A stretch of 64,000 bases of DNA from Flaccisagitta enflata. Its lineage: Eukaryota. Below, piece after piece: positions 27,401-41,671 of this stretch. Location: assembly GCA_965153355.1 (NCBI GenBank), contig OZ231126.1, positions 20,646,001 through 20,710,000 on the forward strand. The letters run 5' to 3'. Each line of letters starts with the position of its first letter. The stretch's first letter is position 1. The notes below the pieces were generated by a model. It ran no database searches. It was given only the letters and a program-made list of their open reading frames with translations, and was not told the origin of the DNA. The position numbers and the translations under genes were made by a program.

Positions 27401-27710
27401 AACGCCACTTTATCCCACTCCACCCACCTACACAGTCCATCAAATCTCACCCTGATGGGAAAAAACACCTAACGCCACTTTATCCCACTCCACCCACCTA
27501 CACAGTCCATCAAATCTCACCCTGATGGGGAAAAAACACTAACGCCACTTTATTCCTCACCCACACAGTCCATCAAATCTCACCCTGGGAAAAACACCTA
27601 ACGCCACTTTATCCCACTCCACCCACCCACACAGTCCATCAAATCTCACCCTGATGGGAAAAAACACCTAACGCCACTTTATCCCACACCTACACAGTCC
27701 ATCAAATCCC
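24455..27710. repeat. 71-bp satellite array (~32 copies), interrupted by a MITE
   Basis: Unit CCCTGATGGGAAAAAAACACCTAACGCCACTTTATCCCACTCCACCCACCTACACAGTCCATCAAATCTCA; period 71 (25621 to 25692). Confidence 0.96.
24556..25503. mobile_element. Non-autonomous hAT-type element
   Basis: TIR CAGGCCGTTTTTTAG / CTAAAAAAAGGCCTG, 8-bp TSD CTGATGGG (24548-24555, 25504-25511), and subterminal CGGGCTC/GAGCCCG repeats. Confidence 0.9.
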
Positions 27711-28039
27711 CCAAAGCTTGTCCTCTTTCACCTCCTCCCCACCCACCTCCAAGTTTTGTTTTCAATATTTAATCCCTCATGAACTTCATCACTTATTTCT
27801 TAGTTTATCACCAAAGAAGTATTTATCTGAGATAAAGTAACTATGAACTATGTTGCCATACACACATATATATAAAGCTCTTACATATGTTTCTTCAAAA
27901 TCAGATACCTTCATTTCACAAGGCGAGAAGAAATTTGTCATCCAGAAGGAATTTCTGCAATATGCAAACAATTAAAAAACAAAGCCACTTACACGGCTAT
28001 CTTAGTCACATGTGGATAGGCAGGGATAGTATTCTTTAA

Positions 28040-28760
28040 GACAATTCTAGGACACACCTAGCATCATTCATAACCCTTAGTTACTTAAGGACAATTTTAG
28101 GACAACCTTAGGACAACTCTAGCACAACTTTAGAACAACTTGAGGACAAATCTAGAACAACTTAAGAACAAATATAGGTAAACATTAGGACAACTCCAAT
28201 ACAACTTTAGGACTACTGTAGGACAACTTTAGGACAACTCTAGGACGACTCTAAGACGACTCTAGGACAACTCTAGGACAACTCTAAAACAACTTTAGGA
28301 CAACTCTGGGACAACTTTAAAACAACTGGGACAATTCTTATACAATTCTAGGATGACTTGAAAAATTCTAGGACAACATTCTGAAAACTCAAGGACAAAT
28401 CAAGGACATATCAAGGACATCTCTTGAACAATTCTAAAACAACTCTAAAACAACTCCCTGACCACTCTGATTTTTGTAGGACCACACTAGAACAACTTCA
28501 GGACTAGTAGGACAAGTAGGACAACTTTGGACAATTCTAGGACAACTCTACAACGAGTCAAAGACACTTTTAGGACAATTCCAGGACAACTAAAGTACAA
28601 CTTCAGTACAAAATAGACAACTGTAGGATGACTAAAAAAAAAACCCAAGGACAATTGAGACAACTTCAAGACCACTCAAGGACAATACAAGGACAACTCA
28701 AGGACAAATCAAAGACAACTCGTGGACAACCTAAGGACAACTCATGGACAACTCATGGGC
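28040..28760. repeat. Degenerate ~11-bp tandem repeat (AGGACAACTCT)
   Basis: Directly visible; follows a reversed HINE-like terminus at ~27980-28025. Confidence 0.85.
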
Positions 28761-30441
28761 TATTCAAAAACAAAATAAACACAGTGAAAAGAGGAAAAAA
28801 ACAAATCTCCCAAAAGCTAATTTGTATGATTCAGTAATCAGTTATCAGGCTCGTTCTCCGCTCAAACTAAAAAGCGCATTCGCGCGCATTAAGCACAGCT
28901 CCGTGGGTTGATAATGGAGGATCCCAACCCACCGAATCCAAGAAAATCAGTGGACTCTAGCGGACTCGTTAACTTAAGTAAAATCCTATACTTATAATGT
29001 AATTTTGATGTATTTTTAGTATTACTATCAAGCCTCTAATGATTTCGAATTGATTTTTTTTGTAGACAGGGACCATTTGGGGTTAGTAGAAGTGAAAAAT
29101 CACATAATTACACCAGGTTGAAAAAAGTCGCATTTCTTATTTATTTCCCATCATGGCGGATTGTGCCCCATTCACAACCACTTTCCACACCCAGGCAGGA
29201 TGGAAATGCGCGTTTCTACACTTTTCGACTCAATTGTTTTGGACGGTCAGCCAGACGGCTGGATCGACGGACAGACAAAGCCTTTATAGACTCGCGAGTC
29301 TGTGACTGAAAAGACTTTTTATGAAAACGATGTAAAGAAGTTGACTATAATTGGGAGGAACGCCTTGGGCGATACAATCCTCGTAAAAATGACACTATAG
29401 AATATTTTTAGTATTTAACTAGCAGAAATGTCCATGATTCTTTTTAACTTTAATCCACTAAAGGTTCTTAAAAGCGAATGTAAAGAGGAAATGAAAAGAG
29501 TCAAACACACGCATTAAATACTATTTTTTTGGGGGGGGGGGGGTTGGATGGATCGGGTCTGTCAATATGCAAAAGGTTTTCCGATGAGACCATCAACATC
29601 AGACAGCATAAAGTATTAAATAATAAGACCATCAGTGTTTTTATTTTACTAAATTTCATTGATCTTCCATTTTTTTTTAGCCGCTGATTTATATATTGCT
29701 GTGTTGATGAACTTGTATCAGTAGCACTGCTAATGAATTGATCAAATTGTAATGCATGAATATCTTTGTGTTAATTCTAGTTACAACAAGGTAAAGGTTG
29801 ATCATTTATCATTAAAGTTGTAAAAAAAGACAATAACATATATTTTCTGTAGAAGTTATGAGTCTTATTATCACCAAAAATGGGTGCAGATGCTGTAAGT
29901 TTATATCTTTTCTTGCACTAAAAAAACAGAAGATGAATGAAATTTGAAAAGATAAAAATGCTAAAAGTCTTAAAAATTTTTTGTTTCCACTCCTTGATCT
30001 TGATGATCTGATCAAAAATACTTATGCATATTGACACACCCGATAGGATGGAGTATGGAGTTGGGGGTGGGGAGAGAAAGAGAAAACAAAATCTGAATAC
30101 AAAAGGGGAAATGCCGACAGAGAAAGAAAAAAGACAGGCGCTCTGAGAAACGTTGGTCGTGAAAATGCCGGTGAATTTGAGTGGAGGCTAAGCATAAAAA
30201 TTGAGAATCGAGATAAGAACTAAAAGGGAAACTTGAACGGGGTTAGATGCGGGAATAAAGGAAGGGGGGGGGGAATATGTGGATTGAAAAGGGGGTGGGG
30301 GTGGATGCGGGATCGGGAATAAGGATCAGACGCGGAAATATAAAGGATGCGGGTAAAAGCGTGAGTTGGGTCCGGGATAATAGGAAATACTTGTTAAAAT
30401 AAAGATGGAGAAAGATTTGGGTAGAATGGAGGGTAGGGTAG

Positions 30442-33402
30442 GGTTTTTGCATCAAATCAATTGAACACCCCAGCCTGCAGCTTTTTTAAACAGACTATGT
30501 CTATACTGTTGAAAACTACTTGCTTTATGACTTTTCTCCTTGATTTAGAGGTGCCAGATTTGATATTTTGATCATAACTTGATGGTGGTTGTGGTAAAAA
30601 TGTCAAATTTAGGTCATTTTGGCCGCAAAATTGGGCAACTTAGCCTTAGAAATCAAACCTAAGATCTAGATCTCACTAGTGGTGCAATCCGCATGTTTCT
30701 ATCATTTTTTGTTTAGATTTGAGAGCATTTCAAAGATGAAAGGGTTTGAAGGGAAAATTGCGGCTTCAATTTCAGTGGCAATTTTGACATTTTACACAAA
30801 TTTCAATATTTCGCGGCTTTGGATGGACCAATCTGCATAAAATTGGTGATCAAATTGAAGAGTTTTTCCTGTTCTAGCTAATGGTAAAAAAATTTTTGAT
30901 CGAAATTCCCCCCCCCCCAAAAAAAATTTTAGAGATTGTAGAAGCAGGTGCAAAAAAGTCGATTTTTTTTGCAAATTGGTCAATTTTGGATGAAAAATCA
31001 GGCCACTTCCTATTTATAAAAAGACTTGAAATCCATGAGCAAAATAAAGTACTGCTCAGGAGCTAACCAGTGGTGCAATCGGCGTGTCAGTATGTTTTTG
31101 CATTTAGATTTTATAAAACTTCAAAGATCTAAGGGTATGTCAAAATAACAATTTTTGGGTATCTTAATCTTTGAAGTTCTATAAAATCTAAATGCAAAAA
31201 CATATTGACACGCCGATTGCACCATTGGTTAGCTCCTGAGCAGTAGGGTGGCCCCGAATTGGGTCAAATTTCATATATTGATATACTTGAGCCCTTTGCA
31301 CTAGCATAACAAGAGCTCATTCAAAGTCATAGGAAAGTTCTCTATCAGAGGCCGGAGGGATATGACTCAGAATCATGTACAAAGATAAACCACAACAAAA
31401 ATTTGGTCCTGGGACCTCTGGAAATTACCGCCGCCACCCCCCTGCATTTCCCATAGAAAATATACAGGAAAGATCTTTGCCTGTGTTTTATTATGAGAAT
31501 GGGGGTGGGTGGCGGCGCCAATTTATAGGGGTTCCAGGGTTAAATTCTTTTTATAGACCATCTGTAAACATGATTTTGGGCCATATCCCTTTGATAGAGA
31601 ACTTTTCTATGACATTGCATTTTTTGTTGTTAGGCTACTTTGCACAAATGTCCAATAAAAGAAGGATTTCTCACAAGCTGGGGTGTGAAATCAAACAAGA
31701 AACCTTGTTGGCAAAACTATATGGTCGCTATGGGGATTTTTTTATTGCCGTAGGCAGCTAGGTTTCCTACGATTCTAAGAAACGTAAGAATCTGGGTTAG
31801 GAAGCTTACGTTTCTAGGTTTCCTAGCCAATTTCACAATAGGAAAATGAGTTTTTTTCAATTTATCCTAAAAAGCGCTGCTTCATTTTATCTGATTTCAT
31901 GGGTGATCACCAACAGTGGGATGACATCCTAATGCCTTAAAAGAATAGCATCACCACTCTGCTGTAAATAGATTAAAAATGTGAATGAACAAGGCCAAGT
32001 AGGCTAATAAGGTGCGACGTGTGGACTGTCGAACGAATGTGTTACCAACCAACAGACAGACAGACAGACCAACGGACACAGCCAGTTATAGAGGTGCTTT
32101 GTCGCACCTAAAAAATCCTACTTACAATTCTTACATTTCTAAGTTTTCTAGGAAAATGTTGCTTATGTTTCTTAGAATTCTTAAGTTTCCAAGGATTTAC
32201 AATATCAGCAAGAATGGAAATTTTTTCCTCGTTGTACATTTGTTGCCCCTTTTATTGGTTGAGTCGCATTTTAGTCAGAAAAGATTTCCATTTTCACTGA
32301 CATTGTAAACCTTGGAAAACCTAGAATTCTAAGAAACCTATGCAAAATCTTCTTAGAAAACCTAGAAATGTAAGAAACCTAGGTAGAAATTTTCCTATCA
32401 CTTATTCCACCAACTTAGAGTAGAGTGGCGACGCTTTTACTCTATGGCATCAGGATGTCGTCCCATTGTTAGTAATCACCCAAAAAATTGGGAAAATTAA
32501 AGTGGCGCTTTCTGGATTAAAATGAGAAAAACTTGATTTCCCATTGTAAAGTTGGTTAGAAAACATAGAATCCTAAGCTTTCTAACCCATATTCCTACGT
32601 TTCTTAGAATCGTAGGAAACTCAGCTGATAGGAAGCCTATAGTTTTGCCGCCATGGTTTAATCTTCAAATACAGACCTCTACTTGTGGGAAAACCTTCTT
32701 TTTTGCTACATTTATGCAAAAAACTAGAGTATATCATTTTTTGAAATTTGACCCTATTTCATGACCACCCTACTGAGCAGTACTTCATTTTGCTCATGGA
32801 TTTTAAGTCTATTTATGAATTGGAAGTGGCCTAATTTTTCATCCAAAATTGACCAATTTGCAAAAAAATCGATTTTTTTGCACCTGCTTCTACAGTCTCT
32901 AAAAATTTTTTTGGGGAATATCGATCAAAAATTTTTTTACCATCAGCTAGAACAGGAAAAACTCTTCAATTTGATCACCAATTTTATGCAGATTGGTCCA
33001 TCCAAAGCCGAGAAATATTTTTTGGCAAAATATCAAAATTGCCACTGAAATTGAAGCTGCCATTTTCCCTTCAAACCCTTTCATCTTTGAAATGCTCTCG
33101 AATCTAAACAAAAAATGATAGAAACATGCGGATTGCACCACTAGTGAGATCTTGAGCTCTAGTTTTATAATCTCATGGATTTTAGGTTTGATTTCTAAGG
33201 CTAAGTGGCCCAATTTTGCGGCCAAAATGACCTAAATTTGACATTCTTACCATAACCACCATCAGGTTATGATCAAAATATTAAATCTGGCACCTCTAAA
33301 TCACGGAGAAAAGTCATATAGCGAGTAGTTTTCAACAGTATAGACATAGTCTGTTTAAAATAGCTGCAGGCTGGGGTGTTCAATTGATTTGATGCAAAAA
33401 CC
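30442..33402. mobile_element. Large foldback element with ~620-bp inverted arms and nested insertions
   Basis: GGTTTTTGCATCAAATCAATTGAACACCCCAGCCTGCAG.. mirrored by ..CTGCAGGCTGGGGTGTTCAATTGATTTGATGCAAAAACC; central hairpin at ~31050-31245. Confidence 0.9.
31244..32772. mobile_element. Non-autonomous hAT-type element nested in the foldback
   Basis: TIR TAGGGTGG..CCACCCTA and 8-bp TSD CTGAGCAG (31236-31243, 32773-32780); contains further palindromes and a HINE at ~31988-32115. Confidence 0.88.
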
Positions 33403-35676
33403 GTTGGCCCTAATGGAGGGGAAGAAGGGGGGGAAGAGAGGGTGTGGATGCGGCATCGGGGAAAAAGGTCATATGCGGGAAAAAAGGACCCACTGGTGTA
33501 GCGAGTTAAAAGATTCGCGTGCACACGATTAAAAACCGAAAATTGATAAATAGGAAGCAATAAATTGTTGAATAGCTTAGAATTTCAAAAATTTTATAAC
33601 CGTTGTAAAGTAACAAAGCCGTAAAATACTATACATGTAAGAGAGAATCCTTATGTAATATGAATCATTGAAGCTCCTTTCTAATTTCAGACTTTAACCT
33701 CGGATTATGAATGGATAGGCGGGCAAGGCTCCATGTAATCGAAAACCATACCATCCTCACCATCTTCTTCCGCTCAATTTCGCTCCACTATTAAAGGGCC
33801 CAAGTCCAACTCAGTCAACCCCCTCTGGCGACACTAGTACTTGAAATTACTCGGGGGTTATACCCAGTCAAGCCCCCTCGCGAAAATTTTTTTCCATCCA
33901 GAAGATGCCCCAAGTTTGCCTTAGTCTTACAACCTCCCCCCATGGAAGAGCGTCCCATGTGAGAGCGCCTGGGAATGGTGACATTTAACTCGTGTCGGTC
34001 CGTCCGTCCGTCCGTCCGTCCCGTAACATTTTTAAATTTCGAGCGGTTTTTACACGACTGCTCCTGCCCATCCGCCCACGACTGGATTGCCGTGTATCCG
34101 GCCTTGTTTGGATAGATCAACTCGCCGATCGCAGTTCAATTAACTCGGACTATCATCAAACTCCCTCTCTTTGAAAACTACCTGGTAGCAATTCCACTTT
34201 TAAACCCGCGAATTGCATCAGCCATTAGCGTTGAAAAAAAAAAACAAAACAAAACAAAAAGAGCATTTGGCTCACTTTGCTTCATGTATCAAATCTTACG
34301 CACCACGCATAATTGGACACCCATCTCCCATCTCCATGCCAATCTCCCAACGTCATTCCCTCACTGAAGACTTCATAGAAAAAAAAAAGAAGCAAAAACA
34401 AAAACAAAAAACTCTAAAACACTCAACCATAAATCTTTTTTCTTCCTCTCGCTTGATCCTTTCCTCATCTTTTTCGCTGTCGAAAGGCAAAAATGAAAAG
34501 TTTCGAAAAAAAACTGTAAAGTCAATCAAGCAATTTTACGACTTTTTAAAGGATACCAAGAACGCCATTCAAACTGTCCGTAGGAAAACCAAAACGCGCG
34601 CATAATATGATTGGACTGAGGGAATTGGGTTGGGGATGTGAAGGGGAGAGGGGCGGGGGGGGGGGGAGAGGCAGGAACGCGGAATAGGGGATAGTGCCTA
34701 GGTAAAAGGACAAAGCAGAAAGAGGGAGATGGGGGTTGAAAACAAGGCCAACACCTCTAAGTCGCGCGCGGTCGTCAAGACTAAAAGACAAAAATTCAAA
34801 ATGTGAAATGACTTGAAATGACTTAAAACGACGTAAAAAGGCGAAAAAAAGTTAGCGCGGACGGACGGACCAATGGACCAACCAACCGACAGAGCGGGTC
34901 ATAGAGTCGCGTAGCACGCAACTAAAAAATAATGGTAAGACACAGGGTGGGGATGAGTTGGATGATAAGGTGATTTGGTTGATTGTTGATGTATCAACAA
35001 CTGATGTTGGCCCTTGGAGATACGGGCGGTGGGAGAGGAGAAAGAACGGCGCTTGAGTGCAGGAGAAGGAAGGACGAGGGTCAGCGCTCAAGTTAAGGGA
35101 GAAGGGTGTTGGAGAAAAGCACGTATTGATAGCAAATAAAGAGGAAGGGGCCGTGTGTTTAAAAAGAATGAAGTGGGTAAAGCCGCAAACTTCAAAGTTG
35201 TTATAAGTACCACACGCTTAGGGTTTGACGTTTAGTTTGATGACCAGGATGTTTCCCTGTAGAGCGTGACGCCCGCGCGCCCGCCGAATCTTTTGCCGCC
35301 TAACGGTAAAATTTACCGTTTATTTTACAGCGATCACCCATTTGAAGGATATCAATCAATCAATCTTAGAGGATCTTTTAACCTGAAAAGTGAGCACATT
35401 ATAAGGGATCAACTCAGCTAAATAGTACCATCAACAATGAATGTTATTTTTCAGTAGGATATCAAAGGATGGAGTGATTAGATGATGATGAGTTCTAAGA
35501 AACAAAATTTAAAGTATGCCCATGAATTAATCATTGATTAATAGGTTTTTCGTGCATGTAAAATGAATCTGCATGAATGATACTACAGATGAACATCATT
35601 GAATAAGAGATGAATTCGTAAGTCATCGATTTGAAACACACAAGGTCGTTTTTATCTCACCATGGCGAGAGAGACA

Positions 35677-35744
<68 letters not shown>

Positions 35745-36033
35745 AAGTTCGCAATTACGTCAAGCGATATAGGCGGCGCATTTGAATGGAAGAGGAGGAG
35801 TCAAAGGAGGAGGAAACAAGATGAAAAAAAGTCCATGAGAAAGAGAAAAAAATTGGAAAAAGAGAAAAAAATTGCAAGGGAGAGAAAAACACCACAGAGC
35901 TCTGCAGAGGCTTGGAGAATCGAGAATGAATCGAGTGAGAAGTGAAGGGGGTTGGTGGTTTGGAGTGGGGGAGGGTACGTTGTTTGTAAAGCAAGATGGA
36001 GAAGGAAATGACGAAAAGATGGATGAAAGGATG

Positions 36034-36075
<42 letters not shown>

Positions 36076-36919
36076 AAGAGCTGTTTGCTGAGGTGAGGTA
36101 ATTGCAAAAGCTGCACCTAAGGTGCGATATCGCACCCTAGCAGCAAACACAATAACATATTACTTATTTTGATTTATAATGGAGTAAATATATCAGAATT
36201 TCACTAGGTGTTCCTATACCTTATGATCAGATGAAGGACTTTGGTTATTCAGTTTTGATAATAGCAAAAACACCAATTTTTATGCATTTTTTGAATGTTC
36301 ATTTTTGGATGATTTTTATTGATTTACTAAAAACTCCATTGATAAATTTTCTCATAGCTACGTAACTGATCCAAATTTGGACAGAAAGTTTTAACATCAG
36401 TTAAATTCCAGAAAGTAAGTGAAAGAGTGAAAGAAAAAGAGAAAAAAATAGATATAAGTGAGAGAAAGAAGTGAAGATTGTAGCTGCTAAGATGCAATGT
36501 CGCACCTTAGCAGTATCAGCCTTAACTCTGTTTTTTTATCGGACCTCAGCGGTCCCCCCAGAGAGAAGGGCTATCTGATAATTTGTCGTATTAGCTATTA
36601 TGATATGAAGTTGATTTAAAAGTGACTGGTACTTTTTTGGTGTGGTGGGATCTATATAGCTAATGGGGGGATCTATATAGCTAATGGTGGGATCTATACA
36701 GCTAATGTCGTTATTGTCGTTATTAGCTAATATGATATGAAGTTGATTTAAAAGTGACTGGTACCTACTTTTTTGGTGTGTTGGGATCTATAAGGACGGG
36801 AAGATAAGATAGAGAAAACGGCGGAGACTGTGGACGGGTTGAGTGGGTAATGGGATGGGATAGTTGAAGCAGGGAGGTCCAGGAATCAGGGAGAGACAGG
36901 AGGTAAAGGATGATGTATA

Positions 36920-37011
<92 letters not shown>

Positions 37012-37019
37012 AGAGAGAG

Positions 37020-37113
<94 letters not shown>

Positions 37114-37384
37114 GGCGTCGGCGGCCGACAGGGCCGAGCCTGGAAGGATGAAATTGGAAAGGCAGACCAACATGAAACTGTCAGGTTGTCAAAAGAAAGG
37201 CTGAGAGGGCACATGAAAACGCGCATGAAAGCTCGACCGTTGAACAACAACAACCATAACTACAACGACGACGACAGCAACGAGGAAACGAAAAAAATAT
37301 TACTTACGCTTGAGCAAAAACCTTAACCACACATGTCCACTACCTCAACAATTTCAGGAGTCTAAACGTTCACCACCATCGCTA

Positions 37385-37946
37385 CAGTAGATCTCGTCTA
37401 GACTTGAGATAACGGGGGCAAGCACTATGGAAGAACAAATGAAACTAGAGGGCTGATATTTGGAATATAAATCAATAAAGGAATAATTTATTCCCCATGA
37501 TACTTGGTTGCCATGGAAATGCATTTCCATGTATTTATGCTAAAATATTAATATTTTGAGAAATTTTTTGAGAGAACATTGTTTAAAATTAAATTTGCTA
37601 CAACTTTCCCACAGTATGTTCTGTAAGAATATCGCTCGTTTGGCGTTGCTAGGGAGCGTATCCATATGTGACAACCCCTAGCAACCGCTAAACGAGCGAC
37701 ATTCTTACAGAACATACTGTGGGAAAGTTGTGGCAAATTTGATTTTAAGTAATGTTCCCTCAAAAAATTTCTCAAAATATTGATACTTTAGCGTAAATAC
37801 ATAGAAATGCGTTTCCATGGCAACCAACTATCATGGGCAATAAAGCATCGTTTTATTAGTCTATATTCCAAATATCAATCCTCTAGCTTCATTAGTTAAT
37901 CTACAATGCTTGCCCCCGTTATCTCAAGTCTAGACGAGATCTACTG
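37385..37946. mobile_element. TA-flanked palindromic Tc1/mariner(pogo)-type MITE
   Basis: TA|CAGTAGATCTCGTCTAGACTTGAGATAACGGGGGCAAGCA .. TGCTTGCCCCCGTTATCTCAAGTCTAGACGAGATCTACTG|TA; palindromic to its centre. Confidence 0.92.
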
Positions 37947-38780
37947 TATGGAAACTGAGTCACTTTTTATGAGAAGTGGTTTGAGAATATAAGTCAGATC
38001 CTCGTCCCCATACTAGTTAGCTAGGGAGGAAGCTAGTTAGGTTGCAGCGATCATACATGCACATTAGCCATTGTACATTTTTGCTTTCTGCATTCCTGCT
38101 TCTTTCTCTGTTTGTTATTGCTTACGGATCTGAATGTCTGTCTCATTCAGTCTGTCTGCTCTCGCGTCACTGTGTAAGTACACTCTTTATTGATTCTGTT
38201 CCTCATTCTATCTATGAAAATTGAAACAACATTGCCTTATCAAAAGGAGGCCAGAATCCCCCAATTAACAAAGGACGAAAGCCTTGCAAGCTTTCAATGG
38301 TGTTTACTCCAGATTGCTCACAACTATCCTTTACTATCACTCTTGCTAGTCTTTAGATTAAACTTGTCTTTCTGTCAGTTTGTCTGTCTCAAGCTGCAGC
38401 ACTGCACTTCGTACTCTTTCTCTGCACCGCCCTTTTTGCTTGCCTTCCAATTCCATTTTCTTTAGACTTTTCTTTATGGAGTTTCCTCGTAAAAGAGGAA
38501 GAGCAAAAAAAGGGGACCATTGCGCAACATCTTTGCGCAGCTCCGCTTTAAGCGCAGGTTCTTCTACTACTGCAATTGCGCAACTTTTATGCGCAAAGGG
38601 AAAAAAATGTCATTCTGATCCCCTCTTCAACTTTGACTTTGAACCCGGGCCTTTTTTACACTTAAAAAAAATGCTCTCAAAAAGTTCGATGTCTAAACGG
38701 TTTCATTTCAAGCCTTGCGTAATAAGTGAAACATTCATCAAGCTGAACAGTTTAGGCAGTTTCCACGATAAACTACAGTA

Positions 38781-39370
38781 CAATGGGAGCAATGACGACC
38801 TAGACTGGAGGATAGATTTTAGGTATCTTAATCTTATTTTTATCATAGAATATTTGAGATTTAAGCTAATTAAAGGTTGCCTTATTAAGTGAAAATGTTT
38901 GCGTCTCTCTAACTTCAACTTGCAACTTGACCTTATCAAGACTTTATTTTTCGAAGTTTTAACCTATTTTAATAGATCAGGTGGAAAATTTTATAACGTT
39001 TTGAAAAAAAAATCAGCTCAATCGGTCCATTTTCATAGGTTTTATGGCCGTTTTAAGTTTTGCCCAAAAACTAATTTGCATAACTTTCGTTCATTAAAGA
39101 TAGCTGTAAAACCTGTAAAAATGGTCCGATTGAGCTGATTTTTAAAAAAAAATTATATAGAATTTTTTGCCTAATCTAATGAAATAGGTTAGAACCTTGA
39201 AAAATGAATTCTTGATGAGGTCAAGTCACAAGTTGAAGTTTAAGAGACGCAAATGTATTCACTCAATAAAGCAACCTTTAATTAGCCTAGATCTCAAATA
39301 TTTTTTGATACAAATTAAATTAGGATACCTAAAATCTATCCTGCAGTCTAGGTTGTCATTGCTCCCATTG
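38781..39370. mobile_element. TA-flanked palindromic MITE
   Basis: TA|CAATGGGAGCAATGAC .. GTCATTGCTCCCATTG|TA, with arms of ~290 bp. Confidence 0.9.
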
Positions 39371-39523
39371 TACTCTAGACTGGTGAAAATTAGGCGACTG
39401 AATTTGTTAACATTGATAAAAATATTCTAATTTCATAAGGGTCACACCTAATAGGTTGAAATTTGAGCACTATACTCAGAATTTGATACTCTTTTAGATC
39501 TTATAAAAGAAGATATTTGAATA

Positions 39524-39700
39524 CAGTTGAACCCCGCTCTAACGGACCCGCCACCAACGGAATTCCGCCTATAATGGATGCAAATGAATGCTCCCTTCAA
39601 GTTAATTTCTTTTATATCCTTTGTTGGTTATAATAGAAGTCCGCCTATAACAGAAGAAAATTGTTGGTCCCCTGAAATCCGTTAGAGCGGGGTTCAACTG
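39524..39700. mobile_element. Tigger/pogo-like MITE
   Basis: TA|CAGTTGAACCCCGCTCTAACGGA .. TCCGTTAGAGCGGGGTTCAACTG|TA. Confidence 0.9.
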
Positions 39701-40468
39701 TACTTAAAATGTGTTCAACTATGTTAATTTTTATCATAATCAGAGTAACATAAGTGTAACAGGGAGTTAACATATTAGGTCACTCTCTTCAAAAATCATT
39801 ATCTCCAGTTAGAATTGACATTAAGGTCTGAAATTTTGCATGTAACTTAGGTTATGTCTGTACTAAAGGGGGAAAAAAAGAAATTTTCCATAAGATATTG
39901 CCATTTAAAGTATAGTATACTACTATATGTCAAAATCAAATAAATCATCATTTTTGACAAATCAACTAAAAATAAAATTTTTCTATAGTAAATGACAATT
40001 GGTTACCATAAAATCTTTAGTTCTTCTTTAGGGATTGCAATTAAACAAAAATGACCTATAGTTGGGTAGGCTTAATGATTTTTTCATAACTTTTTCATTG
40101 TAGTTTTGAGTGTGACATCAGTGTGACATGAAAAAGAGGGTGATTAATCATGATTTTGGCCTATTTTTTGCTACATAGCCTATCAAAATTTCAAGTATGA
40201 AGGATAATAGCTAGGCACTGAATCCCAGGTAATGTGTAACAACAGCTTTTATCATGAGAAAAAAAAAGATTAGCATAATAAAAATAATTTTTTCGCCTGT
40301 TACATCATGAATTTCAGGTGGGCCGGTTTATTGTGGAAATGACCTTTACACAGATACCGGGCCTTACGTAAAAGAGTGCCCATTTCCATTGAAAAATCGA
40401 GTCATAGAAAAAGATTGAAATATAAGATTTCGTGATTATGTAAGACACGTATTGCATGTACACTTGTA

Positions 40469-40646
40469 CAGTGGAGTACCGCTAGAGCGTACCCGCTAAT
40501 CAGGCATGCCCACTTATAAGGTGTATAATTTTTTGTCCTTAGAATGATTTTTTAGTTATACTGGCGATAAGGCGGCTTCATTATAAGGCATTATAAGGCA
40601 TAAATACGCTTGGTCCTATGAATTTCGGTCAAGTGAGGATCAACTG
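40469..40646. mobile_element. TA-flanked MITE, same family as 14697-14871
   Basis: TA|CAGTGGAGTACCGCTAGAGCG .. GATCAACTG|TA. Confidence 0.7.
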
Positions 40647-40830
40647 TATCTAATTATAAGGATAGTTGTGATGAGTACGAATGTAACGAATGCACCACCA
40701 GCAAGATCAAATCACGCGATGGAGCAGAATTTCAACGATCAAAGCCTGATATCTGCATTGTTGTCAATTTTTCCATGCTCTTAACGCAAGATGAAAAAAA
40801 ATGTAACGGCTCAAAAACGTGTGTGTTTGG

Positions 40831-40871
<41 letters not shown>

Positions 40872-40959
40872 AATGTCCCTGGGCTTGTTTAGTATCAGCT
40901 GCTTCTTCTCATCGCATCGTCATAAAATTTAATCGTCCAGTTTGGAGATGATAAACCAC

Positions 40960-41300
<341 letters not shown>

Positions 41301-41671
41301 GTTGAAAACGATAAACCACGAAGAATACAGCCTAGGAAATATAAAGAGAGCATAAGATAGAGAAAACGAAATGTGAAAAAAATAAAGAGTTAAGGGAAGA
41401 AAATCGGTTTTACGCATTAATTTCTAAGAGGCGGGCTTTAAAAACAACCTTTCAATTTCAATGACCCCGTAATCGTACTTTATTTGGCTCTTACCACGTC
41501 ACGGATAGTAAGAACAATTTAGTCAGTGCGGTATTTGTCAGCGCCGCCGATTATCAGTCCAACTACAAAATGAATGACTAAGTATTTTCTTTATTAACAA
41601 TTGTGAAAATCCGTCCATAACATGTAAAACTAGTTCCCTCAACATCCGTTATGACGGGGTTCAGCTTTGTA

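Noticed and set aside
24455-27710. CRISPR-like or hammerhead-containing repeat array
   Set aside because: Units are contiguous with no unique spacers, and CTGATGGG lacks the CTGANGA..GAAA hammerhead core.
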